A stretch of DNA of 32,000 bases from Vibrio alginolyticus NBRC 15630 = ATCC 17749 (GCF_000354175.2 NC_022359.1:1770001-1802000); one strand, 5' to 3'; shown: positions 17,755 to 27,284, counted from the stretch's first letter. The notes: generated by a model from the sequence alone, not told the origin. Translations and numbers: made by a program.

Positions 17755-20193
17755 TTAGTTGAAGTGCACTAGCATTTCAACGTCATCGCCTTGCTCTGGA
17801 GCCTGAAGAGCGAAGTGCACGTACCCTACTTCAGTAACAGGAATCGCAAGGTATTCATTGCTGCCTGCATAGTTGGACGCATACTCGTGCTGCTCTACTG
17901 TAGGCCAATGCTCCCTACTCGCGTATAGATCGACATTACCAGTTTGAGAGTGGGCCGTTAGCCATACACGAACCTCTTCAACACCTTCAGGCACATAAAC
18001 TGCTGCATAACGCTGCTTGTGAACGGTAAGCATTTTGGCTTCACCAGACTCTAATACCACAGGTGCTAAATCATCTTGCACTTGGGTTGGCGGTGTTTGC
18101 GCTTCCACTTCTAACGCAGCCACAAGATTCACTGAGTCATAGCTATCACGTCCAGTTAAGCTGATGTAGTAACGACCCGCTTTAACGTAACCATCTTGCT
18201 CTGGTTCAAACACAATCTCTTCATTGCTGCCATCAGCATATTGACTCATTTCGAAATCATAGTAATGCGCGACTTTGTTGTAGCTCATGTAAAGATCCGC
18301 ATCACCCGCACCCTCAATAGATACATTGAAGTTAACGGTGTTGGCTGGAACATCAACGTAGAACAGTTTTTCGCTGTATGCTTCGCCACTGAGCTGAAGG
18401 CTTTGGTTCGCCGTCAATTCAGTCACTTGTGCTTCAGGGCTTGTTGGTTCTGTTGGCTCCTCTGGGTCTGTATCAGGTTGCTCAGGTTCCACTTTTAATG
18501 TGTCCAACCAACGTTCAAACTCAGCATCGTATTGTTGACCTAAAGACGTCACCTGCTGTGCCCATTGTTCGAACTGGCCAGAGCGCGACAATGCCAACAA
18601 GCTTTCGACGTCTTGTGGATGATTTTCTAACATGAATCGAACAGCTAGATAACCCCAACGATAGATACGATTGGTATCGTGAGAGTACGTGGTATCAAAC
18701 ACAGTGGAAAGGCTCAGTTTACCATCTGCAATCAGCTCAATCGCAGCTTGGTAACCTTGCTTGTAATGCATATATTCAGCAAAACCTTCTAGCCACCAAA
18801 CAATATGACCATGAGCCAAGTTATCGCTGAACGAACCGTATTGGTTAAATCGTGCATCTAAATAGTGCGTGTATTCATGTTCTAGGTTCAAGATAGAGAG
18901 ATCTTCATCATTCGCGTAGCGATAAGCGACGAAACGGGCAGTATTGTCCGCTTTTGAAGGGTCACCTTCTAGGTACTGACCACCGTTGTCCGTTGTATTA
19001 CCAAATAGGAATGAAGAGTAATCAACGTAACTAGCGTTACTCGCGAATACCGCCACTTCAACACGATCATTCAAATCATCAGCGACAGGTTGATTACCCG
19101 TATTCGCAACTCGATGGAAGTCGGCTTCTTTTGCCGCTAGCACTTCACACGCTTTCGCTGCTTGAGCATCAGTCAGATCTTCAGAGCGAATAATGGCAGG
19201 TCCCTGACATTCAAAACGATTTGGCATTACACGTGCAGCTAAATCTTGCTTGGCTTGCTCAATATTCAGACCATTTAGGCCTTCTGGTGCGTAGTAGCTC
19301 ATCATTTCAACGGCAGCAAGCCATAGTTTGTCATGCTCACTACCCAGTGGATAACGCTGCATCACCTGTTGCATTACTGCCAATGCTTTGCGTTTGGTCT
19401 CCTGATCTGGGCTCGCGAGCAAACGACCAGTTTCACGTAATGCATTGAAAACGATAAAGCTTGCATCCGTATCTAATGCCCAAGCATTATCAGATGCGAA
19501 TTTCACCAACGTATCAATATGGTGTGTATTGTTTGCCATGTATCGGTAGAACGCATCGTTCGCCGCATGGCCTGCCATAGAGCGGAACAAGTTGTTTAAA
19601 CCATCGACCCATTGCGTGTCCTGCGCGGTTTCACGATTAAAGTGCATCAACGCGGCCATCATGCTATCCATGGTCAGCGGCAACTGCTTAACGTTATCAA
19701 CCATCAAAGTCAGGCTCTTCATTGCACCAACTTGTTCACGACCTTGATCCAAAGCATGAGGGTTGTTTAGGAATAGGTTCGTCGACTGAGCAAAACGCTG
19801 ACTCAACGCTTGCGAAAACTCAGGTGTACCAGTACCAGCGTTGTAGCGAACGTAGTAGGCCGCTCGAATAAATTCGCCTAGGTTCTCTAGAATACGAGCT
19901 TGATCTGCTTCACCACGATAGCGAGCGATTTCTTGATCCAGCGCGACTTGGATACGGCTTAGGCTCGCTTCACTATAGATATCATTCAGCGTTTCTGAAG
20001 GTGCTGAAAACCAAGCGTGGTAGCAATCATACTCAGCACCAGAAACGGCAGTAGCCAGATCTCGCGATTGTTGTAAATCAGCAACAGCACACTGATTTTG
20101 TGCAAAAGAGAAGCCAGACACACTCGCTAGCATACAAGCAAGCGCCAAACGATGGCGCGGGAAAAAACGGATATGAGACATAACAACACTCAT
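17755..20193 (-). CDS. Secreted microbial collagenase (peptidase M9A) with two C-terminal PPC domains
   Basis: 812 aa with a signal peptide. It has the zinc motif HEYTHY, with the downstream Glu in [13 protein letters not shown]-rich linker is followed by two bacterial pre-peptidase C-terminal-like repeats. The start (M1 or M5) is ambiguous. Confidence 0.93.
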   Translation of the reverse strand: MSVVMSHIRFFPRHRLALACMLASVSGFSFAQNQCAVADLQQSRDLATAVSGAEYDCYHAWFSAPSETLNDIYSEASLSRIQVALDQEIARYRGEADQARILENLGEFIRAAYYVRYNAGTGTPEFSQALSQRFAQSTNLFLNNPHALDQGREQVGAMKSLTLMVDNVKQLPLTMDSMMAALMHFNRETAQDTQWVDGLNNLFRSMAGHAANDAFYRYMANNTHHIDTLVKFASDNAWALDTDASFIVFNALRETGRLLASPDQETKRKALAVMQQVMQRYPLGSEHDKLWLAAVEMMSYYAPEGLNGLNIEQAKQDLAARVMPNRFECQGPAIIRSEDLTDAQAAKACEVLAAKEADFHRVANTGNQPVADDLNDRVEVAVFASNASYVDYSSFLFGNTTDNGGQYLEGDPSKADNTARFVAYRYANDEDLSILNLEHEYTHYLDARFNQYGSFSDNLAHGHIVWWLEGFAEYMHYKQGYQAAIELIADGKLSLSTVFDTTYSHDTNRIYRWGYLAVRFMLENHPQDVESLLALSRSGQFEQWAQQVTSLGQQYDAEFERWLDTLKVEPEQPDTDPEEPTEPTSPEAQVTELTANQSLQLSGEAYSEKLFYVDVPANTVNFNVSIEGAGDADLYMSYNKVAHYYDFEMSQYADGSNEEIVFEPEQDGYVKAGRYYISLTGRDSYDSVNLVAALEVEAQTPPTQVQDDLAPVVLESGEAKMLTVHKQRYAAVYVPEGVEEVRVWLTAHSQTGNVDLYASREHWPTVEQHEYASNYAGSNEYLAIPVTEVGYVHFALQAPEQGDDVEMLVHFN

Positions 20194-20629
20194 TGATTAT
20201 TAACATACATTGAGTGGGGGTTTATATTCTTTACAGCTCAAACAGTGAAATCAGTGTCATAAAATTTATGAAACCGCTCCCAAAAATAGGTCTTTTACTC
20301 TAATTAAATGGGAGCAATCCCACTCCCCAAAAACTCACAATTATCAATAAAAACATTAATTTACCTTTTTCTAAATAACGACTTTATGAGGAAAATTGCC
20401 CTTAAACGCCCCCCTTAACTCTTCCAGATAGAGTTCACGACAATCAAAGGTTCTAAATTAAATTTTGATGCTTGATACCATCTATTTTTATTTGTGACTC
20501 ATTCCCAATAAGTCATCGAGTGCATATCAAAAGGTTGGCATTAATGGTAAATTCTCCGCCAAATCAAACACATTTACTCCTCGAGTCATTGATGAGTGAA
20601 TAAAGCAGATATTTGGCTAGGGATAATAC

Positions 20630-21607
20630 ATGTCACTTTGGGGATTTTTGGGAACGGGGATTGCCTACTTCATGACAACGTTTGCCTTTGTTTTTGGCGG
20701 CATTTTTTGGTTATGTTCTGAAGGTAATACATTAAGAGAAACAAAGCGCCAATCATCAATAATGTCCGGGGTTATTGCTTGTACTATTGGAACTTGGGTG
20801 CTTGCTTTTGGTGTTTACGTTTACGGTTACTTTTGGGATAACTCTTCTCACTATTATTTTTATTTGCTCGCTCCATGGGGACTTGCCATTTTTGGGGTAA
20901 AACTTCGTAACCGCTGGGTTAAGCAATACGCGCGTGTAAAACACGCAAAAGAAGAACAGTGGCAAAAGCACTGGCGAGAATTATTAGGGGAAGATACTGA
21001 AGAGCTTCCACCATATACACATGATTACGAGCTCTACTCGGGCATTTGGCAAGCCAATGAAGCGCTCCAAGAACAGTGTTTTGCAGCCCTTCCTCACGGG
21101 AAAGCAGTCTACGAGAGAGTGAAAGCCTTCCAAACGATGGCCTCCCCCGCTGGTGACATAAACAATCAAGTTTTGCTGAGTAAACTCGATCAACTAGAGG
21201 ATGAAATCATTCAAGTTCTTGAGCAACACTCACAAAAGAAAGTAAGCATTGAAACTGGCGCAGGTACTTTACGCAAAGAGTCAAAACGCAATGTTTATCA
21301 CCATGAGAATGGCCCAACAGAAGAGCAACTGTACGACTCAATCAACCTCCAACATGATTTGGATCGAGAGCTACGCTACATTATCTATGATCGGCTCGGT
21401 TACGATGGCGAAGATGAGTACTTTTTCCTCCAAGCGCCACTCGAAGAGCTTACCGAGAATGAAACCGCAATCAACTGGATGCTCTGGGGGTTAGTAAGCG
21501 ACCATTTTGCTGTTGACCCATACCAAACGGCGTTGGATCTCAGCCTAATGAATGCGGAACCAAGATGGGAGCAAAATGAACGGTTTGTAATGATTACGGC
21601 TCAATAA
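20630..21607 (+). CDS. Hypothetical membrane protein (about 3 N-terminal TM helices plus an acidic soluble domain of about 225 aa)
   Basis: An AGGGA SD lies 6 nt before the ATG. Hydrophobic segments are GIAYFMTTFAFVFGGIFWLC, VIACTIGTWVLAFGVYVYGYF and YFYLLAPWGLAIFGV. I recognise no family. Confidence 0.7.
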   Translation: MSLWGFLGTGIAYFMTTFAFVFGGIFWLCSEGNTLRETKRQSSIMSGVIACTIGTWVLAFGVYVYGYFWDNSSHYYFYLLAPWGLAIFGVKLRNRWVKQYARVKHAKEEQWQKHWRELLGEDTEELPPYTHDYELYSGIWQANEALQEQCFAALPHGKAVYERVKAFQTMASPAGDINNQVLLSKLDQLEDEIIQVLEQHSQKKVSIETGAGTLRKESKRNVYHHENGPTEEQLYDSINLQHDLDRELRYIIYDRLGYDGEDEYFFLQAPLEELTENETAINWMLWGLVSDHFAVDPYQTALDLSLMNAEPRWEQNERFVMITAQ

Positions 21608-21638
21608 ACGCAAGTACTAAGTCTAACTTTAATACAAC

Positions 21639-22502
21639 CTATTCTGAGACCACCCTCGCGTTGGTTAACTTAGCCAGTAAGCGGCCAACGCGATCGCGCA
21701 TTTCACGTCTATCGACAATCATATCTAGCGCACCATGCGCTAGTAAAAATTCACTTCGCTGAAACTCGTCTGGTAGCTTTTCACGTACCGTTTGCTCAAT
21801 GACCCGTCTTCCCGCAAAGCCAATACTTGCTTTAGGTTCACCAATATTGATGTCTCCTAACATCGCTAAACTCGCCGAGACGCCACCATAAGTTTGGTCC
21901 GTCAATACTGAGATATAGGGTAATCTGTGCTCAGATAAGTGGTTTAACGCGGCGCTGGTTTTTGACATTTGCATGAGTGCCACCAAAGACTCTTGCATGC
22001 GCGCCCCTCCGCAAGCGGAAAAACATACTAACCCAGATTTTGTATTAATTGCGCTTTCAACTGCTCGGACAAACTTCTCGCCAACCACTGCGCCCATCGA
22101 GCCTGCCATGAAAGAGAATTCGAATGCACACGCAACAACAGGCAGCCCCAATAACTTGCCCTCCATCACCACCAACGCATCTTTTTCTCCAGTCGTTTTC
22201 TGTGCTAAAGCAATTCGCTCTTTATATCGCTTTAAGTCTTTAAAACCCAAAATATCTTGTGGCTCCAACTCACTTGCCAACTCTTGTTGTGTTCCATGGT
22301 CCAGAAAAGAGATCAACCTTTGACGCGCAGCCATTCTCATGTGATATGAGCATTTAGGGCATACTTCCAAATTTTCTTTTAACGCGGCACGATAAAGTAT
22401 TTGTTCACACTCAGGACACTTTGTCCAAACGCCCTCAGGGATAGACGCTTTGCGCGAACCTATTATATTTTTATTCTCAAATAACCGTTCTAACCAGCTC
22501 AT
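21639..22502 (-). CDS. accD: Acetyl-CoA carboxylase carboxyltransferase beta-subunit homologue (divergent, stand-alone AccD paralogue)
   Basis: 287 aa. It has the N-terminal zinc ribbon CPEC...CPKC and the CT-beta motifs [44 protein letters not shown] and FQRSEFL. See the findings for the deviations. Confidence 0.9.
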   Translation of the reverse strand: MSWLERLFENKNIIGSRKASIPEGVWTKCPECEQILYRAALKENLEVCPKCSYHMRMAARQRLISFLDHGTQQELASELEPQDILGFKDLKRYKERIALAQKTTGEKDALVVMEGKLLGLPVVACAFEFSFMAGSMGAVVGEKFVRAVESAINTKSGLVCFSACGGARMQESLVALMQMSKTSAALNHLSEHRLPYISVLTDQTYGGVSASLAMLGDINIGEPKASIGFAGRRVIEQTVREKLPDEFQRSEFLLAHGALDMIVDRREMRDRVGRLLAKLTNARVVSE

Positions 22503-22643
22503 AAATTCACCACTATTGATTACGTTCTAGCGCGATATCTCGTTGTTTGTTCGCTTAAACTTGTAAATAAAATTGTATGTAACTTAGTACAGGGATAAAG
22601 TGCGATATGCTGGCTTGATAATCCAATAAAGTGGGATAATGAA

Positions 22644-23543
22644 ATGTTTGATAACGTTGACCAAATCTGGTTAAAAAGTTTTCACTGTGTTTATGAGAAC
22701 AACAGCTTTAAGCGAGCCGCTGAGTGTTTGAACATACCAACATCAAATGTCAGCCGACACATTGCCCTGCTTGAAGAAAAGTTAAACATTAGGTTGTTCA
22801 ATAGAACAACAAGGCGAATGACGCCTACCGAGGCTGGAGAAGAGCTCTATAGCAGCACTCGTCCGTTATTGGAGCAACTCAACGCCGCACTAGAAACTGT
22901 AACGCGCCACTCGCACACGGTAACAGGGGAACTGCGAATTCTTATGCCAGACACACCTGTACTGGCAAAAGCTATTGTTTCCTTTTGCAATCAATATCCA
23001 GCAATCTCTTTGCATTGTGATACAACGCTCGCCCCTAAAGGCGATGCTATCGATGGCTTTGATATAATATTGAGTTTTCACAGAGGTACTTTGTCAGACA
23101 GTAACTGGGTGGCGAGAGAGATAAAACGCTGGCCCAGTGCCATTTTAGCCGCGCCTCAACTAATTGAGAAATACGCCCCCCCTTACAAAATTACGGATCT
23201 AAGTCATGTTCCCTGCATCACGACGCTTACCGCAGTAAATGGTGCACCATGGGTATTCAGAAACCCTGCTGGGGGCCATATTACTCAAACTGTGCAATCT
23301 TCATTCAAAGTAAACAGCGGTCATCTCGCCAGATATGGCGCGTTATCAGGGCTTGGATACGCAATATTGCCAATTGAGTCATGCCAAAATGAGATCAAAA
23401 ATGGTGAGCTAGAAATCGTCACTCTAGAGTACGAACCTGAGGATTTAGTACTTTACGCCTTTTACTCGTCAAGAAAACATGTAGCTAAGAAAATATCTAT
23501 GTTTGTTGAACATTTAAAGCAAAACGCAAAACTTAACGCCTAG
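22644..23543 (+). CDS. LysR-family transcriptional regulator
   Basis: 299 aa with the N-terminal LysR HTH (SFKRAAECLNIPTSNVSRHIALLEEKLNIRLFNRTTRRMTPTEAG) and a C-terminal substrate-binding domain. It is divergent from the accD-like gene across a 141-bp spacer. Confidence 0.9.
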   Translation: MFDNVDQIWLKSFHCVYENNSFKRAAECLNIPTSNVSRHIALLEEKLNIRLFNRTTRRMTPTEAGEELYSSTRPLLEQLNAALETVTRHSHTVTGELRILMPDTPVLAKAIVSFCNQYPAISLHCDTTLAPKGDAIDGFDIILSFHRGTLSDSNWVAREIKRWPSAILAAPQLIEKYAPPYKITDLSHVPCITTLTAVNGAPWVFRNPAGGHITQTVQSSFKVNSGHLARYGALSGLGYAILPIESCQNEIKNGELEIVTLEYEPEDLVLYAFYSSRKHVAKKISMFVEHLKQNAKLNA

Positions 23544-23634
23544 CTAAGCTTTACTCAACTAATTTATCGTACTCTGTTTTATCGTCTAGAAAGGACAAAC
23601 ACCGCTAAGCGATTTGAGACTCGATTTTTTCAAA

Positions 23635-23671
23635 TAAAAAAGCCAGCAATTAACATTTACTGGCTTTTATT
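23635..23671. terminator. Bidirectional terminator between the lysR-family gene and the chemoreceptor gene
   Basis: Stem AAAAAGCCAG / CTGGCTTTT around 23641-23665, with an A-run upstream and a T-run downstream. Confidence 0.75.
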
Positions 23672-23690
23672 AAAGAGGGTCAGTTGGCGT

Positions 23691-25250
23691 TTAGATTCTA
23701 AACGCTCCTACGTGACGATCGAGTGTTCGCGATAGCTCCGCGAGTTGTTGACTTGATTCTTCTAGTTGCTCACTCGCCGTTAGCGCACTTTTCACTGAGT
23801 GGCTGACGGTATCCATGTTCATATTAATTTCGTTTGCTACCGTTGATTGCTGTTCTGTTGCGGTTGCTACTTGAGTATTGATATCTGAAATAGTCGTCAC
23901 TTGTGCAGCTATTGCTTCTAAAGCCTGTCGAGCTAACTCGGTTTCTGCCGTTCCTTCTTCAATAAGAGCCTTACTATTGCTCATTGAATTCACCGCACTT
24001 TGAGCTTCAGTTTGTAGCTGGTGAATCATGTTGTCAATTTCATCGGTAGAATGAGCCGTTTTAGTCGCTAGGTTGCGAACTTCATCAGCTACGACTGCAA
24101 AACCTCGGCCGGCATCACCAGCGCGTGCCGCTTCGATAGCCGCATTGAGAGCCAATAGATTGGTTTGCTCCGAAATACCTCTAATCACCTCTAGAATACT
24201 ACCAATCGACTGAGTATTTTCAGCAAGACTCACGATAATGTTGGAAGTGCTGTTCATCTCGTTTTCAAGATTAGTCATCGCCGTTTTGGTTCTTTCTAGC
24301 GTCGTGTAGCCATCTTGCGCTTCATTACTTGCTGCACTCGCAGCATTTGCCGCTCCAGCAGCATTGGAGGCAATTTCATTGACCGTCGCAATCATTTCGT
24401 TCATGGATGTGACAACCAGCATGGTTTGCTCGTTCTGCTCTTGCCCTCTTGTGAGCGCTTGTTGAGATTGCCCACGCAAAGCGACAGCTGAACTATTAAG
24501 CTCCACACCAGTATTTACAACTTGTGTAATAATCTCATGTACTTTCCCAACAAAAACGTTGAAAGCAGAAGAAATTTGCGCGACTTCGTCATTACCTTTC
24601 GCTGGCAAACGAACGGTTAAGTCTCCGTCTCCTTTTGAGATGTCTTGTAGAGCGTCTTTAAGCGCAGAAAGCGGTCTCATCAGTTTATTTAGCAGAAGTG
24701 ACAGAATCAAAACACACATAACGAAGATCGCCACCATAGAGATCAACTGGTAAGTAATAATTCCATTCGTCGCTTGGCTCACTTCGGTAATAGGAATACC
24801 AATATCAAAAGTACCGTATAACTGACCATCCACATAAATTGGTGCCATGATGTCAAACACCCATACTTTCTGGACATCGGCATACCACTTTGAGTACTGT
24901 TGAACACCTCTCGTCGCGCCTTCAACAGTATATTCATCGTTATAGGTTTTGTTCAGCTTGTGCTTATCACTGTGGGCTACTGCCGTTACGTTACGGTCAA
25001 TTACAACGGCATAACTCACGTCTGAACGTTGTTTCAGCCCCTCAACAAGCGATTGTAAATCTTGCATTGGATTGGCTGAGTTCTCCAAAATATAACTCGC
25101 ATTTCCCGCTAGAAACTCAGCTTGAACTTGGGATTTGTTTAAGATGATGTCATCGATTTTCTGACTCGAAATTAGGTACGTTGATGCCATACTCGCCACG
25201 ACAGCAATACCAAACATGGCGCAGACTGCTAATAAGATGATTCTTTTCAT
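23691..25250 (-). CDS. Methyl-accepting chemotaxis protein with a single-Cache-type periplasmic sensor
   Basis: The order is TM1, a periplasmic domain of about 145 aa (...[16 protein letters not shown]...[24 protein letters not shown]), TM2, HAMP, and the conserved signalling hairpin [35 protein letters not shown]. The ATG at 25250 is preferred to the TTG at 25274. Confidence 0.92.
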   Translation of the reverse strand: MKRIILLAVCAMFGIAVVASMASTYLISSQKIDDIILNKSQVQAEFLAGNASYILENSANPMQDLQSLVEGLKQRSDVSYAVVIDRNVTAVAHSDKHKLNKTYNDEYTVEGATRGVQQYSKWYADVQKVWVFDIMAPIYVDGQLYGTFDIGIPITEVSQATNGIITYQLISMVAIFVMCVLILSLLLNKLMRPLSALKDALQDISKGDGDLTVRLPAKGNDEVAQISSAFNVFVGKVHEIITQVVNTGVELNSSAVALRGQSQQALTRGQEQNEQTMLVVTSMNEMIATVNEIASNAAGAANAASAASNEAQDGYTTLERTKTAMTNLENEMNSTSNIIVSLAENTQSIGSILEVIRGISEQTNLLALNAAIEAARAGDAGRGFAVVADEVRNLATKTAHSTDEIDNMIHQLQTEAQSAVNSMSNSKALIEEGTAETELARQALEAIAAQVTTISDINTQVATATEQQSTVANEINMNMDTVSHSVKSALTASEQLEESSQQLAELSRTLDRHVGAFRI

Positions 25251-25481
25251 TATAATTGTCTCAATACAATTCAATTGATGCTCATTAATCGAGCGCTAAG
25301 CCTTTCTTCTCCAAAACCAACCAAACTGCATTTTGGGTCTGTTTGGCAGAGCAAGACATAACTTTATAACTATGTATCTGCTTGGTTCCCGATTACTTTA
25401 GACAGAAGGAAAAAAGTCTTCAAAACGTCACATTTCTACGAGGTTTGGCGAAGGGACGAGTACGCAAAAAGGAAACGTTTA

Positions 25482-25501
25482 CATAGTTAAATTTAACTAT
25501 G
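25482..25501. repeat. Perfect 20-bp palindrome CATAGTTAAATTTAACTATG (candidate operator)
   Basis: All 10 base pairs were checked position by position. It lies in the 525-bp spacer between the chemoreceptor gene and the rcnA 3' end, 232-251 bp upstream of the chemoreceptor ATG. Confidence 0.6.
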
Positions 25502-25799
25502 CGACCAAATTGGTATCGAACATTAAAGAAAAGACTTCTAATTAGCGTTTTGACCGTCGGGAGCGCTGTGGTCAGTGCTCCCGTTTTATCATTTAGTATC
25601 TCAGATTCAGATATTAGAGCCACAATCGCAGCGGTTGTAATCCGAGATGCTTGGTGAAGCGAGAATGACTTGGTTTGTAGATATGGCAGCGATGTCAGAT
25701 CGAGTGATTCTCAATCAAGAATCGGTAGCAAAATATGCAAACCAAGGCATTAAGCCATTACCCATACAAAAAGAAAGGAAAAAATCTTTACCACAGAGT

Positions 25800-26876
25800 T
25801 TAACTCGTCAGCGATATGTATCCATGCATACCCATGTATAAACCAACTGCACTGATCAAGACGCCCGATAAGTAGGGAGCTCGACGTGCAACATCATTCA
25901 AACCGCTCCATTTAGATGTCGCTTTTTGCACGCCCACTGCTGCCACAACGCCAACAGCAACCAGAGTCAAGGCTAAGCCAATACTGAATGACACAACTAA
26001 AGTCGCACCAAGAGTCATTGCCTTAAGCTGCAAACAGATAAGCAAAACCGTTACCGCAGCAGGGCATGGAATCAAACCGCCCGTTAATCCAAACAGCAGA
26101 ATTTGCCCATTCGTCACGTCTCGATTCTCAAAGCGCTTTTGAATGTCTAAAGCGTGAGCGCGCTCGTGAGCATCTTGATATTCCTTATCTTCGCTTTCTA
26201 AATGAGAACCAGGACGGAAATGTACATCAAAGTCATGGGTATGATCATGGTGCCCGATGATCAAAGTGACAGAAAGTCCATTAGAGACTTCAATGCAAGA
26301 CGCCGATTCCAAGTATCCATCACGCTCTATAAAGTGATAAATATCAGCAGGTTGATAACCATCACTCGATACCGAAACCTTGATACCTTCAGCAGTTAAA
26401 GGTTTACCGCTGAGTGTTCGCAACTGGAAACGGTGATGGTCCCCTTCCTGTGTAATCGAAAGCGAAACATGCCCATGTCCTGTATCCACAACTTGTGTCG
26501 TCCAGTCGCGAGCATGATCCTGAGCTTTGTTCCAAGCTCGCTCATCGCTCCATGTCCGCCAAAACATCCATACGCCGGTTGTCACGATAATGACTCCAGA
26601 GATAAGTTGCATCCATGGTTCAGCCGCTTCAGCGGTGAATTTCTGGCTAATATACATCCCACCAACAGCGATTAACCATACAATTACAGTGTGAGAAAGT
26701 GTGGCAGCTAAACCCAGCATCACGGCTTGTTTGACCGTTCCTTTCACCGCGACAATGAACGCCGCCATCATCGTTTTAGAGTGCCCAGGTTCTAAACCAT
26801 GCAAGGCGCCAAGCAAAATGGCACTGGGAATAAAGAACCACCCATTACCTTGTTGTAGTAACGCGACAAAATCCAT
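25800..26876 (-). CDS. rcnA: Nickel/cobalt efflux protein (RcnA/NicO family) with an enlarged central loop
   Basis: 358 aa with the NicO motifs HGLEPGHSK (TM1/2 region) and GGLIPCPAA. The central loop of about 150 aa has 14 His. It is divergent from rcnR across G6/C6-tract operators. Confidence 0.88.
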   Translation of the reverse strand: MDFVALLQQGNGWFFIPSAILLGALHGLEPGHSKTMMAAFIVAVKGTVKQAVMLGLAATLSHTVIVWLIAVGGMYISQKFTAEAAEPWMQLISGVIIVTTGVWMFWRTWSDERAWNKAQDHARDWTTQVVDTGHGHVSLSITQEGDHHRFQLRTLSGKPLTAEGIKVSVSSDGYQPADIYHFIERDGYLESASCIEVSNGLSVTLIIGHHDHTHDFDVHFRPGSHLESEDKEYQDAHERAHALDIQKRFENRDVTNGQILLFGLTGGLIPCPAAVTVLLICLQLKAMTLGATLVVSFSIGLALTLVAVGVVAAVGVQKATSKWSGLNDVARRAPYLSGVLISAVGLYMGMHGYISLTS

Positions 26877-26915
26877 TGTTGTTCTCTGTTGTTGATTCTA
26901 ATTTATCGCAAACTA

Positions 26916-26950
26916 TACTCCCCCCTAGTATTAAATACTACCCCCCAGTA
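26916..26950. promoter_or_regulatory. Two RcnR operator sites (TACT-G6-N-AGTA type) in the rcnA-rcnR divergent spacer
   Basis: The first site is TACTCCCCCCTAGTA (26916-26930). The second is TACTACCCCCCAGTA (26936-26950), whose complement is TACTGGGGGGTAGTA. The sites are 5 bp apart. They match the E. coli RcnR recognition motif as published. Confidence 0.85.
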
Positions 26951-27011
26951 TAAATTGAGTGCTACATTATCAGTTAGAATAACTCGGCCCGTAACTTAAA
27001 GAAGATAAGAC

Positions 27012-27284
27012 ATGTCGCATACAACCAGAGATCAAAAGAAGCTCAACACTCGAGTCAGTAAAATACAGGGTCAGGTGAATGGACTTAAAAAAATGCTGGA
27101 AGAAGAGCATGAATGCCAAGATGTATTGCAGCAGATTGCCGCTATTCGGGGAGCAGTAAATGGTTTGATGCGAGAAGTAATTAAAGGTCACTTACTTGAG
27201 CACGTTGTACTTGAGGAAGACAAAACTCAACGTGAAAAAGATATGGAAGTCGTATTAAAAGTACTGGACTCTTATATAAAGTAA
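27012..27284 (+). CDS. rcnR: RcnR (CsoR/RcnR/FrmR-family) Ni/Co-responsive repressor
   Basis: 90 aa. The RcnR fingerprint residues are at the expected positions by my count (His3, Cys35, His60, His64). It is adjacent to and divergent from rcnA, with TACT-G6-N-AGTA type sites between them. Confidence 0.9.
   Translation: MSHTTRDQKKLNTRVSKIQGQVNGLKKMLEEEHECQDVLQQIAAIRGAVNGLMREVIKGHLLEHVVLEEDKTQREKDMEVVLKVLDSYIK

Noticed and set aside
20417-20435. AACTCT-N7-AGAGTT in the collagenase upstream region. It uses the same hexamers as the MerR palindrome but in everted order.
   Set aside because: The half-sites are swapped and spaced, so the geometry is incompatible with the 16732-16747 operator. A 6-bp match is easily chance.
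25420-25623. 67-aa minus-strand ORF in the chemoreceptor-rcnA spacer.
   Set aside because: It has no SD and lies antisense to the marginally better signal-peptide-like frame. No family is recognised.
26970-27191. 73-aa minus-strand ORF overlapping rcnR and the operator region.
   Set aside because: It lies antisense to a confidently assigned rcnR, and its start sits inside the operator spacer. It is a shadow frame.
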